Shown piece after piece: positions 14,045 through 22,500 of a stretch of 24,423 bases of DNA (positions within the stretch are counted from its first letter, which is position 1; each line of letters starts with the position of its first letter). The notes under the pieces are model-generated. The model ran no database searches. It had not been told where the DNA came from and saw nothing but the letters and a program-made list of their open reading frames with translations. Both the position numbers and the translations under genes were made by a program. This DNA comes from an uncultured Pseudomonadales bacterium (GTDB lineage: Bacteria; Patescibacteriota; Microgenomatia; UBA1400; UBA12108). Location: positions 4,078 to 28,500 of the forward strand of contig CAZBML010000001.1 in NCBI GenBank assembly GCA_964493295.1, read 5' to 3'.

Positions 14045-17000
14045 ATGGCCACAATCAGTGTAGATCAGTATAACGACGACGGGACGACTAGTAGAACTGC
14101 AGGGGAAGCACTGACCATAAATGGCGCCACCTTTACCCAGCGCACCGACACTAGATGGCACGCGACGGCGCCCGCCAGTATGACGGGTACTTACGGCGAT
14201 ATTCTCCCCAGTGCTACCCTAGGCGGCCGAATGGTGATTGACGCGACCGCTGTGCGCTGGCTCGCCTATGACAGCGGGAGTGGGAACGTGCCCGCGATCG
14301 GAACCGATATCACCCAGGCGGGCGTGAGTGCGAGTTATCTGCTGGGAGTTTATGCCTCGCTGACCTCGGCGCCCACGACGGTTGGTAATGCGATGCCGGC
14401 CACAGGATACCTCAAGTTTCGCGAGGTAACGGGAGCGTTTGTGAGCGGAGCGCTCACTGGGATTGGGGGCAGTGCAACTGGCGCGGATACTGCCGGGTGG
14501 ATAGAAGTTGTCATGGACAGCGCCGCTGGGACCGACATTAATATCCCTCGCCTGGGGGAGTTTGAGACGCGAGGCAAATGGTTTTACCTGGATAATACCG
14601 ACGGGACGACCGCCCAAGTCTTGCAGGTGCCAACTAATGGGGGAGGAGCCACTACTCACTCCCCAGGGGTGTGGATCGAAAAAGCCACCGCTAGCGCGGC
14701 TACTTATTCGCTATCCGGTAACACCGTGACCGTGACCCTAGCGAGCCACGGTTACTTTGTGGGTGACGACATTGATATCAACTTTACGAGCGGGGGAGTG
14801 TCTGGTGAGGACACCTACCATATCCTGACTGTCCCTACTTCATCGACCTTTACGGTAGCCAAAACGGCTAGCAACACCAGTGGCAACTGTAGTGTCTCAC
14901 AATTTGAGTACTATCCGTCCTCGGCCGGGGCCACGACCGGGTGGAGTCAATCTCACATCGGGAGCCCGGGACTGGACGGAGCGAATGATGATCTGCGCCA
15001 AAAATTTGTCAAAAGTATCGGGACGGGACAGATGCAAATAGGGGAAAATGCCACTCAGTCCGCCACTTATACGACTGCATCAATTGCCGGGACTTATACC
15101 TGGACGGCCAACGTCGTGACGGTGACCTCGACGGCGCACGGTCTGCGGGTAGGGGAGCAAGTATATCTCGACTTTACCAGTGGGGGCGCGACGCCCGACG
15201 GGGTCTATACGATTGTGACCAACGCGGCCAATACTTTTACTGTGGCACTAAGCGGATCTGGTACCGCTGGTAATGTGACTGTCTGGGCAAGGAGCACCGT
15301 AACTTTTACGGCGCACGGCTATGCCATTGGCAACAAAGTACACCTCAATTGGACGAGTGGGGGAATAAGTACTGATGGAATTTATCTGGTGGAGACGGTG
15401 CCCACGGCCAATACTTTTACCATTAATACCTATACTAATTCAGGAACCGGGGGAAATGTGAGTATTGAGATGACGATCGGGTATATCCCCCCCGCTGGAC
15501 TAAGAACCAGGGTACCCAATATCTTCTTGAGGCAGTGTGCAACCGGCAGTCGGGCCACCAACGCGGCGCCCAATGCCACGATTACCACGCGACCGGAGTT
15601 TATTACAACGAGCGCGGGGGCAATTGATATTGAGTACACCTACGGCGATTGGTACTTTAACTTCCTCCAGCCGTACTCGGTCCACCTGAATCACGTGGCC
15701 TCGTTTGACTCGATCTTGATCCAGGAGTGCGCAACAGCGCTCGACATTAATGACACCAGCTTGTCGATGTATGGTTCCCTCGATATTAATACACTCAACT
15801 GCGCGTCAAATTTTGCGGGGGGAACGATTGCAAATTGCACTTTGGTGCGGGGAAATGCTCCAGGGTCTAGCGATCATGGTATTGTGATTACTTCGTGTAA
15901 AGATTTGGATCTAGTGAATGTAAAGGGGGGTATCCTCCAGTTTGCCCGCAGTACCGGGTACTCGTTTGTGATTACCAGCTGTAATAATGTAAGTCTAAGC
16001 AGGTGTGTGAGCACCAACTCGACGACGATCTCACTCGTGACCTCGAAAGACATTACGATTAGCGATCTTAACTGGGTAGATCGGTATATGGGGATGACCA
16101 ATGCCACGGCGTCCTCCTATTGTGTGACCATTGGGGCAGGGATAGTAAACACGGTGATTGATGGCATTACTTTTGGGTACGGCGGGATAGTGAGCGACGT
16201 CCACCCGTATGCGGGACTGGTGTCTTTTACGGCGACGGTCAATACCACGATTCGTAATGCCGGTAGTCGCAGTAGCATGCTGAGTGGAGGGAGTATCCCC
16301 CTGTGGAGGATGGGTATTTTGTTTGTGACGGGAGGGAATAACGATACGGTCAAAATCCAGCGGATTTACATCGAGAGTTTGACGACGCGCGCGGGGATTT
16401 TGACCCAACTTAATACCGATACCGGCATCACCATGGAGTCGGTGTTTAACTATCGGTATACCACGGCGGCGGGTGTGGCAACCGATTACACTGTGACACC
16501 TTTATTTCTCAATGCAACTCACAAGGGGGTTGGGGCGGCGCTCAATAGTGTTAGTCCGCAAGTTTCGGTCTATGGTACTCACTGGATGGATCTCTTTACA
16601 AGTGACACTACAGGTAGGGTGGTAGCGATCATGAATGAACCGACATCCGCCACGGTGAACTACAGTACTCTCACGATTGCTGGGCTTGGAGGTTTTACGT
16701 CGGCTGGTTCACTATCTCTGCAATCGGTTGGTGATGAGTATATCCTTGAGTGTCCGTACTGGATCTTGGGACATACAGGACTGAGCAATACCACAGCGAC
16801 GGTAACGGGAACCAACGTGACTTATGTGAGTGGACCCGATTATGGCAACCATGATATTTACTACCAAATCGATACGGGGAGCGGGTGGAATGGGAGCTGG
16901 AAAGACTTGAGTGGTACAAATTTAAGTGGCGAGTCGGTGAGTCCAACCGGATTTCGACTTAAGTTTAGGGTGGTATGTGATAATGCGGCCACCACCAACG

Positions 17001-17548
17001 CAATTTCTTTTATTCGTATAGATACTACTACTAGCGCCACTGCGCAGGCAGAAAATCTCTATCCACTTGACTTGGCTAGCGTGACGATCAACAACCCCGT
17101 GATTGGTTCGAGCTATGAGGTCTACAACCTTGATACCCAGACTCAACTACTAAGCGGGGTGATTACCAGTGATCCTCAGACAGTATCTGTCTTGGCATCG
17201 GCTAACCAAACACTACGGGTTCGACTTCGACGATCTAAAGGAATTTTACTTTATACAGCTCAAACCGCTAATTTTGCGATCGGCAATATCTTGGCAGGGG
17301 TGACGAGTGGGGCGACCGCATTGATAGCTAATGATAGTGATAACGGAACGTCGGGAAGTTTGACGCTCGAAAATATTGTGGGCATATTTCAGGATGGGGA
17401 GACGATTGTGGATGATGGGGGAGGCAGTGCGACTACAAGCGGAGTGGTAGGGGGTAAATATCTACCATTTGAATCAAATGCGGTAGTGAGTGAATTGCTA
17501 ACTGCCAGTGTCTATGCCAGTCAAGTAGTAGACTCAATCGCGGTCTAA
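14045..17548 (+). CDS. Giant Thr/Ser/Gly-rich modular protein A (probable beta-helix core, phage-structural-like modules, no signal peptide)
   Basis: 1167-aa ORF; three H-G-x-x-x-G-D/E/N-x-V small beta modules; Asn/Thr-rich beta-helix-like repeats (ITSCKDLDL, ITSCNNVSL); C-terminus paralogous to 19576..24423. Confidence 0.85.
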   Translation: MATISVDQYNDDGTTSRTAGEALTINGATFTQRTDTRWHATAPASMTGTYGDILPSATLGGRMVIDATAVRWLAYDSGSGNVPAIGTDITQAGVSASYLLGVYASLTSAPTTVGNAMPATGYLKFREVTGAFVSGALTGIGGSATGADTAGWIEVVMDSAAGTDINIPRLGEFETRGKWFYLDNTDGTTAQVLQVPTNGGGATTHSPGVWIEKATASAATYSLSGNTVTVTLASHGYFVGDDIDINFTSGGVSGEDTYHILTVPTSSTFTVAKTASNTSGNCSVSQFEYYPSSAGATTGWSQSHIGSPGLDGANDDLRQKFVKSIGTGQMQIGENATQSATYTTASIAGTYTWTANVVTVTSTAHGLRVGEQVYLDFTSGGATPDGVYTIVTNAANTFTVALSGSGTAGNVTVWARSTVTFTAHGYAIGNKVHLNWTSGGISTDGIYLVETVPTANTFTINTYTNSGTGGNVSIEMTIGYIPPAGLRTRVPNIFLRQCATGSRATNAAPNATITTRPEFITTSAGAIDIEYTYGDWYFNFLQPYSVHLNHVASFDSILIQECATALDINDTSLSMYGSLDINTLNCASNFAGGTIANCTLVRGNAPGSSDHGIVITSCKDLDLVNVKGGILQFARSTGYSFVITSCNNVSLSRCVSTNSTTISLVTSKDITISDLNWVDRYMGMTNATASSYCVTIGAGIVNTVIDGITFGYGGIVSDVHPYAGLVSFTATVNTTIRNAGSRSSMLSGGSIPLWRMGILFVTGGNNDTVKIQRIYIESLTTRAGILTQLNTDTGITMESVFNYRYTTAAGVATDYTVTPLFLNATHKGVGAALNSVSPQVSVYGTHWMDLFTSDTTGRVVAIMNEPTSATVNYSTLTIAGLGGFTSAGSLSLQSVGDEYILECPYWILGHTGLSNTTATVTGTNVTYVSGPDYGNHDIYYQIDTGSGWNGSWKDLSGTNLSGESVSPTGFRLKFRVVCDNAATTNAISFIRIDTTTSATAQAENLYPLDLASVTINNPVIGSSYEVYNLDTQTQLLSGVITSDPQTVSVLASANQTLRVRLRRSKGILLYTAQTANFAIGNILAGVTSGATALIANDSDNGTSGSLTLENIVGIFQDGETIVDDGGGSATTSGVVGGKYLPFESNAVVSELLTASVYASQVVDSIAV

Positions 17549-17556
17549 TTGCTTGG

Positions 17557-17970
17557 TTAAAGTTGGCTCTGGAGGAAGTCTTTGCCGTGCTTGGACATGT
17601 TCATGAGAAAGGTAACTTTGTGGACAAGATCACTCAAACTCAGATTGCTTTTGACGATATATTCTCCCGCTCCCAAGGAATATCCTCGATCGATGTCTTT
17701 GTCAGTCTCTAAGTTGCTTGCGATCACGACCGGGATGCTTTTCCATGTTTCGTGTGCTTTGATTTCGGAGAGTACATCAAAGCCACTCTTGTGGGGAAGA
17801 AGAATATCGAGGAGGATGACTTGAGGGATATTGGTTTTGAGGATTTTTAGAGCCTCGAGCCCGTCTCCTGCAATTGTGACCTTGAATCCAACCGAGAGGA
17901 ACTTGTCACGCATAGTGCTAGCGAGGAGTGGATCGTCTTCTACAATGAGGAGATGTGGTTTTTTGGTCAT
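17557..17970 (-). CDS. Single-domain response regulator (receiver only)
   Basis: MTKKPHLLIVEDD, DGLEAL, PQVILLDILLP..SGFDVL, IPVVIASN, GA.EYIVK. The ATG at 17970 lies 4 nt after the kinase stop; the track start at 18048 is an overlap artefact. Confidence 0.95.
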   Translation of the reverse strand: MTKKPHLLIVEDDPLLASTMRDKFLSVGFKVTIAGDGLEALKILKTNIPQVILLDILLPHKSGFDVLSEIKAHETWKSIPVVIASNLETDKDIDRGYSLGAGEYIVKSNLSLSDLVHKVTFLMNMSKHGKDFLQSQL

Positions 17971-17974
17971 ATGA

Positions 17975-19579
17975 TTATGATACCTCATTTGGCAGGGAGA
18001 GGGTAAAGATGGTACCATCCTTGTGACTGGTATAGGTAATACTACCATTGAGTTTGGTCATAATTAATCTGGCTAAATAGAGACCTAATCCATTGCCGTC
18101 GGGGTGATGTAGGCGAGCGTTGTCGCCGCGATAAAAACGTGTAAAGAGATGTGAGCTGTTTTCACTTGGTATCCCGATCCCTAAGTTTTTAATGCTAATT
18201 TGTAACTGCTTTAAACGGAGATAGATCGTGATTTCGATAGGTGTATTGGGATCGGAGTACTTGAGTGCGTTGCCAATGACAACTAGGAGCGCTTCTTTGA
18301 GTAAAAGTGGGTCAGTTGTGACTAGAGTTGTTGCTGGAACTTTCCAGTCCAGTTTGATTGAGCGTCTTCGCAAATAACCAGTTTTACTCTCATGTACAAC
18401 GGGAAGAATTAGTTCTCGTAGGGAGATTGATTTGAGGTGTGGAATAAGTGAGCCGGCTTCCAGACGTGAAATATTTAGTAGCTGTGAAGTGAGTGTGATA
18501 AGGCGCAAGGTAGTGGAGTGAATTTTGCGTAGGGTGGTGCGAACTTTGAGATGGTTTTGGGACGGCTCGACATCGAGCAGAGATTCACTCAACCATCGGA
18601 TAGCAGTCAAGGGTGAGCGGATTTGGTGGGAGGCCAGACTGACAAACTCATCTTTTAATTTGTCGATAGATTCAAGGGTTTCGATCTGTTTGACGATTAA
18701 GACCTGGCCTATTTTGTACGCTAAAGCAAAGGAGATTGCGGTAATGCTCAAGATGGTGAGTAGGCTCACATACAATGAGTTGCGTACAGCAGTATAGATC
18801 TGATATTGGGGAGTTCCTACCGCAATAAAAGTGCTACGACTATCGTCGAGTGCCGTAAAAGCATAGAGGCGCTCAACTTGATCGATACCGACTTTGAGGG
18901 TTTGACCGCTTCCTTGAGTCAGGATTTCTTGGACGAGTGGATCGTTTGCAAAATTTTTCCCCAACGCTTCTGGAGTTTGGGGACTACGGGCCAAGACAGT
19001 CCCATCACGATCTAAAATATTGATCACTAAACTACTGGTTTTGTTTAGATCATTGACAAATGTGCTGACCCAGTCCAGGGACAAGGAAGCATAGACTAAT
19101 TCGGTGGAAGAAATGGGGTAGGCAAAATTGATGACAGCTCCACTTGGTTTAGTTTGATAATAAGCTCCGACAGTAAATGACCCACTGCTAAGTGTTTCGG
19201 CGATTAGTTTTTCATGAGGGGTATTTTGCTGAGCTTTGGCCAGGTTGGCGGCACAGCGTACGTGACCACTACTGTCGACGATACCAAAATTTTCATAGCG
19301 GATATAGCTCGAAAGCAATGTAGCGAGAAAAATGGAACAATTTTCTGGGCTTTGGCTGGTTAGTGACGTACTGGCGGCGATCGCGATGAGTAGTTGTCGT
19401 ACACCTTCGGTGATTTGCTTGTGTTGGGCGGCTGTTAAGCGAGCAATTTCCGATAATCTAGTCAGCTCGTTGTTTTTTTTGATTTGTAGATTTTGGTAGT
19501 GCGAAAATCCAGTGTAGAAAATAAAGGGGATGGTAGTGATGATAACGAGCAAATAAAGTCGAGAACGAAGGTTTCTCAT
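17975..19579 (-). CDS. Sensor histidine kinase (TM, Cache-like periplasmic sensor, TM, HisKA, HATPase_c)
   Basis: H-box EFVSLASHQIRSPL, N-box GNALKYS, G1 NLGIGIP, F-box LFTRFYRG, G2 GNGLGLYL; sensor has Cache-like GIVDSSGHV, ILDRDGTVLARSP and GIDQVERLYAF. Confidence 0.95.
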   Translation of the reverse strand: MRNLRSRLYLLVIITTIPFIFYTGFSHYQNLQIKKNNELTRLSEIARLTAAQHKQITEGVRQLLIAIAASTSLTSQSPENCSIFLATLLSSYIRYENFGIVDSSGHVRCAANLAKAQQNTPHEKLIAETLSSGSFTVGAYYQTKPSGAVINFAYPISSTELVYASLSLDWVSTFVNDLNKTSSLVINILDRDGTVLARSPQTPEALGKNFANDPLVQEILTQGSGQTLKVGIDQVERLYAFTALDDSRSTFIAVGTPQYQIYTAVRNSLYVSLLTILSITAISFALAYKIGQVLIVKQIETLESIDKLKDEFVSLASHQIRSPLTAIRWLSESLLDVEPSQNHLKVRTTLRKIHSTTLRLITLTSQLLNISRLEAGSLIPHLKSISLRELILPVVHESKTGYLRRRSIKLDWKVPATTLVTTDPLLLKEALLVVIGNALKYSDPNTPIEITIYLRLKQLQISIKNLGIGIPSENSSHLFTRFYRGDNARLHHPDGNGLGLYLARLIMTKLNGSITYTSHKDGTIFTLSLPNEVS

Positions 19580-22500
19580 AACGCGATTTGATCAGGCGAT
19601 TGGCTGACGTAAACTGCTACTCCCGATGAGTTGACGGTGGCTTGTGTTTCGAAGGGAATGTATTTGGGGCTCGCAGAGGCTTTGCGAATACGAATCATGA
19701 TGTTGTAATCGGCAACGTAGGGTACATTGGAGATCGTTACCGTATTGCTACTGGCTATGCCACTACCCAACAGGGTACTACTAGCTAGATTGTAAACATA
19801 GTATGTACTGCCCGAGACTACATTGGTTAAGACGATCGAGACGGTCTGGCCAGCGTAGTCGCCGGGGCCGACTGTTTGCGTGTAGATTTCTAGGCCGTCG
19901 ATATAAGAGTTAAAGGAGGGGAAGAGCGCGAATTGAGTGTTGGTGGCGACGTTGGTGGCGCGAGTGGTGGTGTTACCTGAGTCACGGATAATTTCGCCGG
20001 GGAAGAAAGTACCAGTGACGTTGGAGAGAATGATAGTACCGGTTGTGCCTAAATCATAATCTTCATCCACTACAGCCGTCGCACCGGATGTTTGGCCGAG
20101 GATGGTCTCCCCGACCACAAAACTACTGGACTGACTGGTGTAGAGCATACCGGGACGAGCCGTGAGCTTGAGTTTGAGATAAAAACCATCGGTCGTGTTG
20201 ACCGATTCGGCGGCCAAGTTGGCGGGGGTGGCGGTTTGATAAGCTGAGTAACCACTGCCTTTGTCGAGCGAGTACTCGACTAGGAGTGACTCGAGGATAT
20301 CGGTGTTTGAGCCCAGGTCGAGACCACTTTTTTTCATGGTTTTGTCGCGGAAACCAGAGACGCCAAAAATCTTGTAGGGCCAAGTGATCTCGATAGAGTC
20401 GCCCGCGGTGCGCATGTACAGACGACCCGAGTTGGAGAAAGCGGGTGACCCAGAAATAATCTCGTAGGGTGGAGTGTCAGAAGAACTGGCGTTGAAACGC
20501 AGTGATAATTCTCCAGTATTTGGTGAGGTATAGAGCTCGTGGAACATGGTGTCATAGATAGTAGTAAAGGCAACGCCCATTCCGTCTGTCGTGGTGCCGA
20601 TCGCATAAGTAGTAGCAGTGGTTAAGGGCTCGGAGTTGGCACCGCTGACCCCTTTCATAATCACCCCGAGGGCAGAATTGGTGGCAGAGGTGTAGATCGG
20701 CCAGTCATAGTTGTCAAAGTTGATGTTGGAGAGGGTGACACCGGAAGCGTTGTTGGCAAAGGTAAAAGGAGTCCAAGTGGCGATGTAGTTGCGCCAGCTT
20801 TTAACGGTAAAGTCGTCAAAAACATTGTCGTTACTCAAGTTTTGCACGTTGATGAGGGAGGCGGTATGACCTGCATAAGTAAAGTTGACGCTGTGATCAA
20901 AGAAGCTATTGTTAGAGGAGCCGGTCAAGGTGAGGTAAGCACCGGATAAACCACCCGCGCCAGCCTGAGAAACAGAAGTAATGCGATTGCTTGAGGAGTT
21001 GGAGAGTGAGATGGGGGCTATTGATCCAGGCATGACAGCGTAGCCCACGCGGTTGGTGTCTGAGGGGGTAAAGCCACTGGTTGTACCCAAGTAAATCTCT
21101 GTATAGTGGGTGCCGGTGGGGGTGGCGGCTAGGGTGAGCTCGATACCCTGGTTGTGATCGTTGCCACCAGTTGATCTACCCCAAGCATAGGCGGCCGTGA
21201 GCTCGTGGCTACCTTGGGCGAGACTAGCGCCAAAGATAATCCCGGTAGAAATTGGCCCCTCGGCAGTAAAAGGCTGGGCGGGCGTGATAGTTAAAACGGT
21301 CGTTGCTACGTTGGTGACCAAGTAAGTGCCATCGTTGCTAGTCGTACCAGAAACGACAATCACGTCATTGGCCACAAAACCATCGGTTGTAAAGGAACCC
21401 GAACTGGCGGTGATAGTGTTTACAGTGCTGGCGGTTGCGAACGTCAGGGTACGTCCACCACTACCAGTTGCGAGTTTGGTGGTGGTATTGGTGACAGGAG
21501 CCAAGGCAGTACTGCCCAAGTTGACCATGGCGGTTGCGGCGTAGATATAAGCACCTTGAGTGTTTAACTGGATGGTAAAGGTGTGAGTGGTGCTAGTTGA
21601 GGTAAAGTTGAGCGAGATCCTCTGCCATTTGCCGGTTGCGGTGAATGACTGGGTGACAGGCGAAGTAGTGTTGACGGCGATCTCTCCGCTGACCGTGGTT
21701 TGGTGCGGGTAGGGATCGGTCATGACATAAACCGAGAAAGTGTAGGCCGTGCTAGTTTTGAGGTTGGCGAGCGTTTGGACGGCTTTGCTACCTGGGCCTA
21801 CCGACAAGAGACGATCGGCCAGACCGGTGGGGGCCGCGTTGCTCGAGAAGGCAATATCGAGAGGGGCGACACGAGCGGCCGCGGTTGGAGTCAGGTTGGT
21901 TTTGACCCAGTTGGCATGGGTAAAGTCGTCTGATTGAGTCAAGTAGTTGAAGGCAGGGGTGGGGAGGGCGACAACGGGGACCTCGACTTCGGGGCTTTCG
22001 GTGCCGTGCATAAAAGTGATGGTTTGACCGGAAAAAGTAGCCAGGAAGGGAGTATCCACCGTAATTGAAGTGGCAGAGTCCACGGAGACTACCGTGGTGG
22101 GCCAGGCGATGCCGGGACCATAAACACACATGCCAGCGCAGGCTCCGAGCGTCAAGGTCTGGCTGACAAAAGTCGAGGTGTTGACAGCGGAGACCGTGAT
22201 TTGCCAGGGAGTGTCGATTGAGACTACGGTGGCACTCGCCCCGACACCGGTACCGGCGATTTGGAGACCAGGCGTGACGTTGCCGGATAAAAAGTTGGCG
22301 GCGGAACCCTCGGGGATGCGGATTTTGTTTTCGCCACTAGTACCTTTGCAGTTGGCGATGGTACCAAGGCCGGTATTAAAGGATCCCGAGGGGATAGTGA
22401 GCGTAGTACCCCCCGCGGTACCGGCGGCGTTCGTAATACCGGAGAGCGCGGAGTCGCATTTGAGTAGACGATAGTAGTAGGTGGTGTCGTTGCTTGGGGC

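Noticed and set aside
17971-18048. Track start of the response regulator at 18048
   Set aside because: It overlaps the kinase C-terminus in another frame; the receiver domain begins at MTKKPHLLIVEDD (17970).
17455-19680. Similar C-termini of giants A and B as a possible DGR template/variable repeat pair
   Set aside because: Similarity is at protein level only, DNA differences are not adenine-specific, and no reverse transcriptase is present in the window.
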